A stretch of DNA of 64,000 bases from a virus (Duplodnaviria > Caudoviricetes). Each line of letters begins with the position of its first letter. Position 1 is the stretch's first letter. The translations under genes were made by a program, and so were the position numbers. The stretch lies in IMG/VR virus record IMGVR_UViG_3300030098_006079; one strand, written 5' to 3'. Below, piece by piece: positions 38,048 through 46,241 of the stretch. The notes beneath the pieces are model-generated. The model worked only from the letters and a program-made list of their open reading frames with translations, was not told the DNA's origin and ran no database searches.

Positions 38048-38091
38048 TTGACGTTCTCTCCAGATAAGATATAATTATTGTGTTGTTAGAG
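38048..38091 (+). promoter_or_regulatory. Sigma70-like early promoter with conserved 16-nt element
   Basis: TTGACG-16-TATAAT-tattgtgttgttagag-ATG. Confidence 0.85.
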
Positions 38092-38319
38092 ATGAAAGTT
38101 AAAACTGAAAGAACTGATAGGGGGCATGGAAGCCCATATGATCGAGGAACAGCTGATAGTTGGTATAGCCGTACTCCAAAACCTCATTACTTCGAAGGTG
38201 ATACATATTACTCTCCTAAAGTAGAAGAGAAGGATATGAGTAAAAAGCAGATTTCTGAGTACTGGGCTGGTTATGATGATAACGAAGCTGATACTTCTAT
38301 GAGAAAGGATTGGGAATAA
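38092..38319 (+). CDS. Conserved phage hypothetical protein
   Basis: HGSPYDRG.ADSWY.R..PHY..Y.AGY pattern recalled from many phages. Confidence 0.7.
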   Translation: MKVKTERTDRGHGSPYDRGTADSWYSRTPKPHYFEGDTYYSPKVEEKDMSKKQISEYWAGYDDNEADTSMRKDWE

Positions 38320-38528
38320 TGCACAGTAATATATTAAATTTCATAAACACTATTTCGATCTCAGGTGATTCTGAGTATGCTAATATCATCGAGATTAAGC
38401 GTGAGATCAAAGAAAGCCCATTAGCAAATAGCGGTAGAGTTAGGGTGACGGATAATAATAACGAAATTGGTTTTGTTTTTGATAACGATACTGGTGAATT
38501 GTTATACATGCATAATTACAAACAATAA
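38319..38528 (+). CDS. Hypothetical protein
   Basis: Coupled ORF. Confidence 0.55.
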   Translation: MHSNILNFINTISISGDSEYANIIEIKREIKESPLANSGRVRVTDNNNEIGFVFDNDTGELLYMHNYKQ

Positions 38529-38710
38529 TGTGTTTATGTGTGTTAACAGACAATAATAGAGAATATATTGAAACAAGAATGAGTTCAAGTCAATTTATAG
38601 AGCAAGAGCGAAAGAAGCTAAAGCGTGAATGGGAAAGCTTACAAGAGCCAAAACCATCCTGGGAAGCGTGGAAGCGGATGACTTCTAAAAAACGAAATAC
38701 TTTCAAATGA
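38528..38710 (+). CDS. Hypothetical protein
   Basis: Coupled ORF. Confidence 0.5.
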   Translation: MCLCVLTDNNREYIETRMSSSQFIEQERKKLKREWESLQEPKPSWEAWKRMTSKKRNTFK

Positions 38711-38862
38711 GAGCAAGAAACGCAGCGCAAGGCGGTAATAGTTTCAGTAAAAGACCTCCAATGGAGGAGTGGAAACTAGCTAGAATAATTAATGACCCAG
38801 ATAAAAGCTGGGTCGCGAACTCAATAGATCATTATTTGTACAAACCTAAAAAAAAACAATGA
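38707..38862 (+). CDS. Hypothetical protein (51 aa)
   Basis: ATGA overlaps at both ends. Confidence 0.5.
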   Translation: MRARNAAQGGNSFSKRPPMEEWKLARIINDPDKSWVANSIDHYLYKPKKKQ

Positions 38863-39092
38863 CAAGTCCTTATTATAATTATCCATCAATGGCAGCTGAA
38901 CGTGCAGCTGAGGAGTTACGAGTAACAGAGCTTACTGCTCCTATACCGTATGACGCGTGTGACGAATGCGGTAAAGTAGGTCGATCTGGTAATCCAGTAA
39001 CTGGAGCTATGTTCGGTAATACAGTATTGTTTCAATGTCAAGAATGTTCTCTTCACGAAATCTATACTGAGCTTGATAAAGAGAACGGATAA
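38859..39092 (+). CDS. Zinc-finger protein
   Basis: CDEC..CQEC. Confidence 0.6.
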   Translation: MTSPYYNYPSMAAERAAEELRVTELTAPIPYDACDECGKVGRSGNPVTGAMFGNTVLFQCQECSLHEIYTELDKENG

Positions 39093-39106
39093 GCTATAAT
39101 AGACAT

Positions 39107-39463
39107 ATGAGCTTTAAAGCAGAGAAAGTAGATAAGAGTTGGGGTTACGAACTCATACGAGTTAATAATAAAGAAGAAGATTATTGTAGTAAGATTCTTT
39201 TTATTGAGAAGGGTAAAGCGACTTCTATGCATTATCATCTCAAGAAGCATGAAACGTTTTATGTTAGAGAAGGAATATTATGTATTACTACAATTGATCC
39301 TCAAACTACCGAAACAAATACAACTGCTTTACTACCTGGCGAATGTATGGAAATATCTCGCGGTACGGCTCATCGATTAAGCGCTCCAGATGATGAAGAT
39401 GTAGAGTTCGACGAGACGAGCACTTATTCTGACCCGTTAGATAGTTTAAGGATTTGGACATGA
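39107..39463 (+). CDS. Cupin (mannose-6-P isomerase-like), second copy
   Basis: VDKSWGYE..SMHYHLKKHETFYV..AHRL..ETST. Confidence 0.85.
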   Translation: MSFKAEKVDKSWGYELIRVNNKEEDYCSKILFIEKGKATSMHYHLKKHETFYVREGILCITTIDPQTTETNTTALLPGECMEISRGTAHRLSAPDDEDVEFDETSTYSDPLDSLRIWT

Positions 39464-39675
39464 CACAAGAAGATCAAATAAGTTATCATAAGAGCGTACG
39501 AAATAAGTTACGTACAGCCCAGCATAGAGTAGAAGAGTACTTAGACTTTATGGTAGAGATCAAAAGATTTCTAGATGTGAGAGAAGATAGGTTTGATGAC
39601 CTACGTGATATTGAGCTACTTGCTGATAAATTATTAAAAGTATTGTATGAGTTTGACAATAACGAGGAAGAATAA
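39460..39675 (+). CDS. Hypothetical protein
   Basis: Coupled helical ORF. Confidence 0.55.
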   Translation: MTQEDQISYHKSVRNKLRTAQHRVEEYLDFMVEIKRFLDVREDRFDDLRDIELLADKLLKVLYEFDNNEEE

Positions 39676-39866
39676 TGTTTATTGAACTAACAGAAGTAAT
39701 CACTGCAGGTATTACTGCAGGACATAAACGACAAGTATCTATCAACACCAATAGAATTATTAGCTTTACGCCAGCTGAGTCTGGAGATGGAACTAATATC
39801 GAAGTTAAGCGCGGAGTTATTAGAGTGAAACAAACCTATGAAGAGGTAAAGGAATTAATAGCATGA
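39675..39866 (+). CDS. FlbD-like small protein, second copy
   Basis: MFIELT..INTNRIISF..VKQTYEEV. Confidence 0.6.
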   Translation: MFIELTEVITAGITAGHKRQVSINTNRIISFTPAESGDGTNIEVKRGVIRVKQTYEEVKELIA

Positions 39867-40399
39867 GTGTATTATCAATTACTGGACAAGAACTATTAGA
39901 TATCGTTCACAAAGATGTTGATGACTTTTCATTAGATGCAGGTTATTATATAACCGACTCATCATATGCTGTACCTGATATTACTCATATGATAACAGAG
40001 GTATATAATGGCTTTACTAAATGGTTAAAGTTTATTGGATTAGATAGAAAGACAGGTCAAAAGCAATTCTGGCATCGTAAGTTTGACTGTGAGAACTTAG
40101 CATCATTGTATAAAAGTTATTGTGACTTGTTACATTATAAGACTAACCCGTTAACATTTACAGAGAATTCTAAAGCAAAGAAGAAAAACAAAAGCGATTC
40201 AGAAGGGTTAGCTGTAGGTACAATCTGGTATGATAATAGTAAAGCACCGAATTCACAGAACTTGCATGCTATTAACGCTATTATAACTCAGAAGCCTGGA
40301 CAAAAACAGTTGTCAGTTGTTTACATTGAACCAAATAACGGTTCGCAATTAACTTTAACCAAGAAACAAAAGGAGAGTATATGGTACGCAAAATTCTAA
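39863..40399 (+). CDS. Hypothetical protein (transglutaminase/peptidase-like motifs)
   Basis: FDCENLA..HAINA..YIEP suggests a Cys-His catalytic pair. Confidence 0.5.
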   Translation: MSVLSITGQELLDIVHKDVDDFSLDAGYYITDSSYAVPDITHMITEVYNGFTKWLKFIGLDRKTGQKQFWHRKFDCENLASLYKSYCDLLHYKTNPLTFTENSKAKKKNKSDSEGLAVGTIWYDNSKAPNSQNLHAINAIITQKPGQKQLSVVYIEPNNGSQLTLTKKQKESIWYAKF

Positions 40400-40508
40400 A
40401 GAAGCTATTTAAGTTTAAAGATATAGAAGATTATCATGCTGAACTATATCCTAAAATGAAATATATTGAGGACTTACGACCTAAAAAGAAATATAAAAGA
40501 AAAAAGAA

Positions 40509-40700
40509 ATGATAATTAGCATTCCATACGATTTTGATAGAGAAGCACAGAAAGAATTATGTGCTCGATTAGTTATTAAGGATGATGCAGTCAAAGATAT
40601 TGTTCTCAAACATCTATACAGTTTAGATTATCATGAACGTCAAGCATGGATCAAAGATAACGCTAAGCATAGAGAAGAAATAACAGAAGATCAATTATGA
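40509..40700 (+). CDS. Hypothetical protein
   Basis: 63-aa ORF. Confidence 0.5.
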   Translation: MIISIPYDFDREAQKELCARLVIKDDAVKDIVLKHLYSLDYHERQAWIKDNAKHREEITEDQL

Positions 40701-40881
40701 AAGAAGTAAGTTTAGAAGATATACTGTACACTATTGCTACATGGAAGATTGAAGCAGACTCTGGTCACAATGATGGTTTTACTAGAGAGAACTATACAAG
40801 TAAAATATATAAAGTAGAAGAAGCTGTTAATCGTATAAAAGAGCCTAAACTCGTCACGTAAAGAATAAATAATTCTATACA

Positions 40882-41196
40882 ATGAAACAGTTCCACTCTA
40901 AACTCGACGATCTCTACGAAGGTCTTCATCTCAAGAAAACATATAATGAAGAGAGTAAGAGACCTAACTTCAAGATAGAAGACTTTATCCTTGCTAGCGT
41001 ATACGATCACATTGATAAGAATATACTCGGCTTTGATTGGGACTTCTCTGATAAAGAGATTGTAAGTGATCTCATGGGCCAGTTCAAACAAATTAAAAAT
41101 ATGATTGAAACTCGCTATGAGACTATGAACCGTACCAACATCGGAGATAAAGAGCGATTTCATCAACAAATGGCCCAACAACAAGCCAACTCATGA
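40882..41196 (+). CDS. Hypothetical late protein
   Basis: ATAAATA upstream. Confidence 0.6.
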   Translation: MKQFHSKLDDLYEGLHLKKTYNEESKRPNFKIEDFILASVYDHIDKNILGFDWDFSDKEIVSDLMGQFKQIKNMIETRYETMNRTNIGDKERFHQQMAQQQANS

Positions 41197-41930
41197 GTAC
41201 GTTCTATCCAACACAAGAGGGCTGGTTATCTTCTACAAAGCATATGAGCTTTATAGATTACTGTAAGCTAACAGAAGCATTCGATAATCCATATAACTTT
41301 AATATCGATAGTACCAATAGGAATCTCATACTATATAAATTTAACGTAGACGACGCAGACGAACCATATAGGGTAGAGGCAGCATTCGCTAGTGACGATA
41401 CCTTAGATCAATTCATAGAACCAGAGAGAGATAGTGCTGGTATCGCAAAGCAAAACCACCGGCAAGCGGTACAGGCCGCGGACCAATATGTAGCATCTAA
41501 ATATCCTAATGCAGTTAAACCCGAGTACGCTAACGTTATTGAGTATGGATTCTCTGATGCCGATGAAGGTACTGTCATTAAAACAGGTAAAGGTGGTCAT
41601 AGAGCTACTCGTGTTATAGGCACTATCATACATATTGCGCAACACTATATCATTACTAGACAACCTAATGTATTACTCTTCACTGGTGCTAAAGATGAGA
41701 ATAGAGGTCCAATCTATACTAAACTAACTCACTTGGCTTTCAAATCATTAAGAGGCTCCTCTCTAGAAGGTTACGGTTACTTTATAGATAATAGTGATCG
41801 CAATAATGTTAGATTCTGGATCTATAAAGAAGATGCTCTTCCATACCTCGGAGACGAGAACTTCCAGAAATTCTTAGCTAATAGATGGCAGCAACAAAAC
41901 CCTGGTCTTGATAACGTATACGAACAATAA
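41193..41930 (+). CDS. Hypothetical protein of large phages
   Basis: 245-aa ORF; TGKG..RVIGTI..LLFTGAK..R..IY. Confidence 0.65.
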   Translation: MSTFYPTQEGWLSSTKHMSFIDYCKLTEAFDNPYNFNIDSTNRNLILYKFNVDDADEPYRVEAAFASDDTLDQFIEPERDSAGIAKQNHRQAVQAADQYVASKYPNAVKPEYANVIEYGFSDADEGTVIKTGKGGHRATRVIGTIIHIAQHYIITRQPNVLLFTGAKDENRGPIYTKLTHLAFKSLRGSSLEGYGYFIDNSDRNNVRFWIYKEDALPYLGDENFQKFLANRWQQQNPGLDNVYEQ

Positions 41931-41958
41931 GTCTCGACTCCTTCGACATAATTAACCC

Positions 41959-42002
41959 TTGACGTTCTCTCTAGCTATACTATAATATTGTCTTTGTAAG
42001 AA
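41959..42002 (+). promoter_or_regulatory. Sigma70-like early promoter
   Basis: TTGACG-16-TATAAT-16 nt-ATG. Confidence 0.8.
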
Positions 42003-42365
42003 ATGAATTCTTCAATAGAAACACAAGCACCGGCTCATCGTTCTGCATATGATAAAGCTATGTATTATACGATGGGGTTATGTTCTAATAAAGGTATTGT
42101 TAAGGATGGTACCAATTTCATCGATGATGTAGAAGAGACAGTTAATGGTCTCAAGCAACTTCATGAAGATAGTTATGGTACAGAAACAAGTAAGCTTACA
42201 GTTATGTATGGTGATCATTTAGAAGAAAAAGGTCACAAATCATACCATGCAAGATACTTGTTTAGTTGTCCACACGGTACACGTTTACGCGAACTAGTAC
42301 AGCAAACATTCAAAAAAGCTATTTTAGATAGAAGCTTCTTTAATGGTTGTGCTGCTACAGCTTAA
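42003..42365 (+). CDS. Hypothetical early protein
   Basis: Follows the promoter. Confidence 0.65.
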   Translation: MNSSIETQAPAHRSAYDKAMYYTMGLCSNKGIVKDGTNFIDDVEETVNGLKQLHEDSYGTETSKLTVMYGDHLEEKGHKSYHARYLFSCPHGTRLRELVQQTFKKAILDRSFFNGCAATA

Positions 42366-42426
42366 CAATAACTAACCAACAACCTTAAGAGCACAGTAAT
42401 TGTGCTCTTTTTTTATAAATACTTAC

Positions 42427-42618
42427 ATGAGATCTGATATATATGGAACAGAGATTGATAAGGGTTTAGAAACTATAGTTGAGAGCATGAACACTCATGT
42501 TGATACCGATACCGTAGATGAAACCGGCTGTAATACTAAAAGAGAAGGAGCTGCTGATCCTGATAAATTTGAATGCCCTAAATGTGGTGAGTTGATTCAA
42601 GCCGCACATTGTAACTAA
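42427..42618 (+). CDS. Small late protein with CPKC
   Basis: TATAAATA-CTTAC-ATG. Confidence 0.6.
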   Translation: MRSDIYGTEIDKGLETIVESMNTHVDTDTVDETGCNTKREGAADPDKFECPKCGELIQAAHCN

Positions 42619-42619
42619 T

Positions 42620-43111
42620 ATGAAAAAATTTAAAGGACCTAAAACACAAAACGAAGTCCACAACGACGATAAGTTGATGTGGGAATCATTTATATCTAGA
42701 GAAGATAGCGAAGATACTGGTCGTATACCTCATGACGTAGATAGCTTCGGCACTAGTACAGATCAGAGTAATGACTTCATGAACGATCAAGAGCTACTTA
42801 ATCCTCTGCATAAAGCCGCACAAGCTACTGGCGCAGATGACATTGTTGATTATATGATTAAACAGATCAAAGCTCAAGGTGACAATTGGATAGAATGGTT
42901 CATTGATACTGTTATAGGTGATGAAGAAGATTACGACGAATCTACTGATGTACAAGAAGCAGACACTGATAAGGATGTAAAAGACTTACAAGCGCTTCAT
43001 GATAATCCCGATGAAGAGTTCGCGAAAAAGAACTATGGCAGTGTTCAAGCGTATAAAGATATGCTGAAAAAGAAGATAGATAAGCTATTAAATGCATCTA
43101 ATTGTACCTAA
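42620..43111 (+). CDS. Acidic hypothetical protein
   Basis: 163-aa D/E-rich ORF. Confidence 0.6.
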   Translation: MKKFKGPKTQNEVHNDDKLMWESFISREDSEDTGRIPHDVDSFGTSTDQSNDFMNDQELLNPLHKAAQATGADDIVDYMIKQIKAQGDNWIEWFIDTVIGDEEDYDESTDVQEADTDKDVKDLQALHDNPDEEFAKKNYGSVQAYKDMLKKKIDKLLNASNCT

Positions 43112-43267
43112 AAACATATAGATCTCAGATAAAAACATATAGTTTCTCCTCAAAAGTGCATTATTCTAACGAATAGTGCATTTTTTTATTGTATAATAGC
43201 CATATAAGAATACCAATAAACCTTACAGAACTTCCAAGATAGCTCAGTTTTTCTCAAGATAGCTCAG
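43109..43267. repeat. Two pairs of 13-bp direct repeats
   Basis: TAAAAACATATAG at 43109 and 43130; CAAGATAGCTCAG at 43235 and 43255. Confidence 0.75.
43152..43187 (+). terminator. Rho-independent terminator
   Basis: gtgcattattc-TAAC-gaatagtgca plus T tract. Confidence 0.75.
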
Positions 43268-43404
43268 GATCTGACATATGTGTAATACATATATACGTAA
43301 CCATAGAGGATTTACTAACGGCCCCTCAGACAATTCGACTCGACTTCTCCCAATAAAAAAGTAGTGGAATACTGCTCGGGATTTCCTATAATAAGAGGGT
43401 AGTT

Positions 43405-43647
43405 ATGACAGCACAAACATATGCTCAGTCTCAGCTAGAGACAACTGATGGTAAGCGCGCAAGTTGGTTTAAGGACAACGCTCGAGCGCGTCGTGTGACG
43501 GTCGAGATGACCCGAGCAGAGAACGGCGACTATTATGTTCATTCGGCGAAGGCCAATTACAAGGTCGGCGGAAAGACTCAGAAGGTCGGGATCAACAACC
43601 GCTTCTTCTCTCGGGAATTGCAGACTTCTCGCATTACCACTCACTAA
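43405..43647 (+). CDS. Hypothetical early protein
   Basis: TGGAAT..TATAAT promoter upstream. Confidence 0.65.
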   Translation: MTAQTYAQSQLETTDGKRASWFKDNARARRVTVEMTRAENGDYYVHSAKANYKVGGKTQKVGINNRFFSRELQTSRITTH

Positions 43648-43675
43648 TTATCCTCTCAGGATAATTTAATAATCA

Positions 43676-43706
43676 AGCTGGAGGGATATACTCTCCAGCT
43701 CTTTTT
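43676..43706 (+). terminator. Rho-independent terminator
   Basis: agctggag-ggatatact-ctccagct plus T tract. Confidence 0.75.
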
Positions 43707-43781
43707 ATAATCTCTACTATGATTCTACTTTACCCGGAGAGTTAGTAAAGAAAAAAAGTTTAATAAATCCGCAGAAAGCTG

Positions 43782-43826
43782 TTGACGTTTTCAGCTCGAG
43801 CTCTTATAATATTCGTGTTGTTAGAG
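43782..43826 (+). promoter_or_regulatory. Sigma70-like early promoter with conserved 16-nt element
   Basis: TTGACG-17-TATAAT-attcgtgttgttagag-ATG. Confidence 0.85.
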
Positions 43827-44129
43827 ATGATAGAGATCAAAGAAAAAATCGCTCGGGAAGCATATCAAGCTGGTAAGCAAGAAGGTGTGCGGATAGGTAT
43901 TGAAATGGGATTAGCTCATACCATAGAAGTTCTGAGCGCTGAGTTGCATCGTTATAAATTCCCAGAGGGTCATGAAAAGCGCTGGAATTATAAAATCGAT
44001 CAGCATCGTCCAGATGACAATTCGATGTTCGAGTTCAAGTATCAAAGGTATGAGGATCTTGTAAAAGAGCGCGAAGCTAATGAGCGCAGAGCACGAAAAA
44101 ATCGCGCGAGATCCAGAGATCGGCGATAA
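43827..44129 (+). CDS. Hypothetical early protein
   Basis: ATG after conserved element. Confidence 0.65.
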   Translation: MIEIKEKIAREAYQAGKQEGVRIGIEMGLAHTIEVLSAELHRYKFPEGHEKRWNYKIDQHRPDDNSMFEFKYQRYEDLVKEREANERRARKNRARSRDRR

Positions 44130-44230
44130 ACTGTTGTAGCTGCAACGGAAAAAAATCCGAAAAAACAGTTGCCGAAACCAGAGCGAGCCGCCATAATATT
44201 GGTGTTGTTGATAGAACGATAGAGAGAGAT

Positions 44231-44413
44231 ATGAAAGAAATCACATTTAATAAACGAGAAGCTAAAGCGCTTGAAGCGTTGGTTGAAATGCAAATTGAAA
44301 TGATTGAATCTGAAGGTGAGGATGTCATTGTTCAAGAGCCCGATTTGAGAAATGAATTAGAAGAGTTGCGGATGGTTCATTATAAAATGTTGAAATTCTT
44401 CCGTTTTAAATAA
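44231..44413 (+). CDS. Hypothetical early protein
   Basis: TTGCCG-17-CATAAT-attggtgttgtt promoter at 44169. Confidence 0.6.
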   Translation: MKEITFNKREAKALEALVEMQIEMIESEGEDVIVQEPDLRNELEELRMVHYKMLKFFRFK

Positions 44414-44461
44414 AGCGAAATAACAGTTGCACATCTCCGGAAAGCCACTATAATTACTTGT

Positions 44462-44617
44462 ATGAACGCTGATTGCGCCATGAAAATGACAGAGAAAGAG
44501 ATCGATAATCTAAAAGCTTGGAAGCGCTGGGGCGCATTAATGAAAATGCTCCGTGCTATCCATCGTGAAATTGAGCCGCTTCGTAAGGAGCGTCGTGAAG
44601 CAGAAGCTAGTCTTTAA
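44462..44617 (+). CDS. Hypothetical early peptide (51 aa)
   Basis: TTGCAC-16-TATAAT-7 nt-ATG. Confidence 0.55.
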   Translation: MNADCAMKMTEKEIDNLKAWKRWGALMKMLRAIHREIEPLRKERREAEASL

Positions 44618-44652
44618 ACCAATAACCATAACAGAAAGGAATTAATAATAAT

Positions 44653-45117
44653 ATGTCTAAGAAGAACCCAGCCCCAGTATTGAAATGTCTTATCTCTGGT
44701 CAATCCAGAAAGACTTCGCACAACTATCTCGCATCTAAAGCAACGCGCTTAGGTGTTACTAGTGAATGGTTGCTTAATAACTATGTAAGCAAGTATGTAT
44801 GTTCTCAACTTCGAGCTGGTCGTAACGTAAGCGATCTTGCTACTGATGGATGGTCTGGTACCGATGAGCAATTGAAAGAGCTCGTTCAGAAGAATAGTAA
44901 GAGCCGTGTAACTGACTTCTGGTTTGAGGCTGGTGTGTACAAGACCGCTAAGCCTACTCCTAAGAAGAAAGAAGAGAAGGTACAAACTCTTGATGATGTT
45001 GTACAAGTAACCGCTAGCGAGAGCGCGTTAGAGTCGATCGCTAAATCTACTCCAGAACCAGAACCAGAGCCAGCAACGTTCGATGAAGCGTTGGCTGAAT
45101 TACAAGAGCTTAACTAG
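44653..45117 (+). CDS. Hypothetical early protein
   Basis: 154-aa ORF ending before a terminator. Confidence 0.7.
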   Translation: MSKKNPAPVLKCLISGQSRKTSHNYLASKATRLGVTSEWLLNNYVSKYVCSQLRAGRNVSDLATDGWSGTDEQLKELVQKNSKSRVTDFWFEAGVYKTAKPTPKKKEEKVQTLDDVVQVTASESALESIAKSTPEPEPEPATFDEALAELQELN

Positions 45118-45137
45118 TTCATAATCACAACAACACG

Positions 45138-45162
45138 AAGCGCCCTACGGGGCGCTTTTTTT
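45138..45162 (+). terminator. Rho-independent terminator insulating the C-free cassette
   Basis: aagcgccc-TACG-gggcgctt plus T tract. Confidence 0.9.
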
Positions 45163-45199
45163 ATTAATAAAAAAAAGTTCAATAAAATGCATTTTTTTA

Positions 45200-45336
45200 T
45201 TGCATTTTTTCTCTCCAGATATTATAATATATTTTTGCATTTGAAAAACTGCAAATTTAAAATGAAAAATATGATAAAAAAAATAAAAAATAAAATGAAA
45301 AAAGTTCTGGAAATATTTTTGAATTTGATTTATAAT
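45200..45336 (+). promoter_or_regulatory. Three tandem sigma70-like promoters
   Basis: TTGCAT(45200)-17-TATAAT; TTGCAT(45235)-17-TAAAAT; TGGAAA(45308)-17-TATAAT(45331). Confidence 0.75.
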
Positions 45337-45381
45337 ATTTGTGTTTGTGAGAGAGTTAGAGTGAATAATAAAAATAATAAT

Positions 45382-45828
45382 ATGAAAAATAAAAAGTATG
45401 TTGTTGTGAGTGTTGGAGGAATGAATAGTGAGAATGAGAAATGGTTATGTGAATTTAGTAATTTAGATAATTGTTTTGATTATATTAATGAAAAAGTTAA
45501 TGAAGGTGAGATGTATAATAATGATGAAGAATTAGATAGAAATAATATATATTGGGATAGTAAAGAAGAATTAGATATATTTATAAATGATGAGTGGTAT
45601 GAATTATATAGAAAAGATGTTAAGTTAAATAAGGATGATGTTATTATTAATATGTGGTGTATAGGTGAGAGTAATATAGTATATGAAGTTGAGTATGATA
45701 TTAATAAGGGAGATGTAATTGATGGTAATGGTGAAGAAGGATGTGTAGTTGGATTTGATAATGATGAAGTATTATTATGGAATGATGGTGAGGGTTGGAG
45801 TAGTAAGTTGAGTGATTGTATAAAATAA
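45382..45828 (+). CDS. Acidic protein encoded with zero cytosines (148 aa)
   Basis: No P/A/T/H/Q; 36 D+E vs 14 K+R by hand count; leader AATAATAAAAATAATAAT. Confidence 0.8.
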   Translation: MKNKKYVVVSVGGMNSENEKWLCEFSNLDNCFDYINEKVNEGEMYNNDEELDRNNIYWDSKEELDIFINDEWYELYRKDVKLNKDDVIINMWCIGESNIVYEVEYDINKGDVIDGNGEEGCVVGFDNDEVLLWNDGEGWSSKLSDCIK

Positions 45829-45859
45829 AAGTATAGTATAGTATAATAATAAAAATAAT

Positions 45860-46228
45860 ATGAGTAATAGTTATAAAATAGTTAAGGTAGAATATAGTTT
45901 AGAAGAATATGGTATTAATAATATTGATGTTGTTAAGAGTGAGTTTGGTGTAGATGATGTTGTTAAAGGTGTATTTAAATATAAAGATGAATTGTATTAT
46001 GAAATTAAAATTATAGATGAGGAGAATGATATAGGAGTTTTAAGTTATGAAGATGAAAGTATATTATTAGTAATAGGTGATAAGAGTGAATGGTATAATA
46101 AAGTAGAGCAGTTTAATTTAGATAGTATAGAAAAGGAGGTTGATTTTAGTAATGGAGATTATAATGAAGAAGATTGGGATGATTGGGTAGAGTTTGTTTA
46201 TAGTATAATGATAAGAATAAAAGGATAG
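45860..46228 (+). CDS. Acidic protein encoded with one cytosine (122 aa)
   Basis: No P/A/T/H, one Q (CAG at 46109); 31 D+E vs 12 K+R; same A/T leader. Confidence 0.8.
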   Translation: MSNSYKIVKVEYSLEEYGINNIDVVKSEFGVDDVVKGVFKYKDELYYEIKIIDEENDIGVLSYEDESILLVIGDKSEWYNKVEQFNLDSIEKEVDFSNGDYNEEDWDDWVEFVYSIMIRIKG

Positions 46229-46241
46229 TATAGTATAGTTT

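Noticed and set aside
43109-43267. CRISPR mini-array
   Set aside because: The repeats are only 13 bp, two different pairs, with 7-8 bp spacers, and no cas genes are present.
45187-45381. 65-aa N-terminal extension of the first C-free ORF in the ORF track (MHFFIAFF...)
   Set aside because: It runs through the three promoters and poly-A/T tracts. The ATG at 45382 has the same leader as the second gene.
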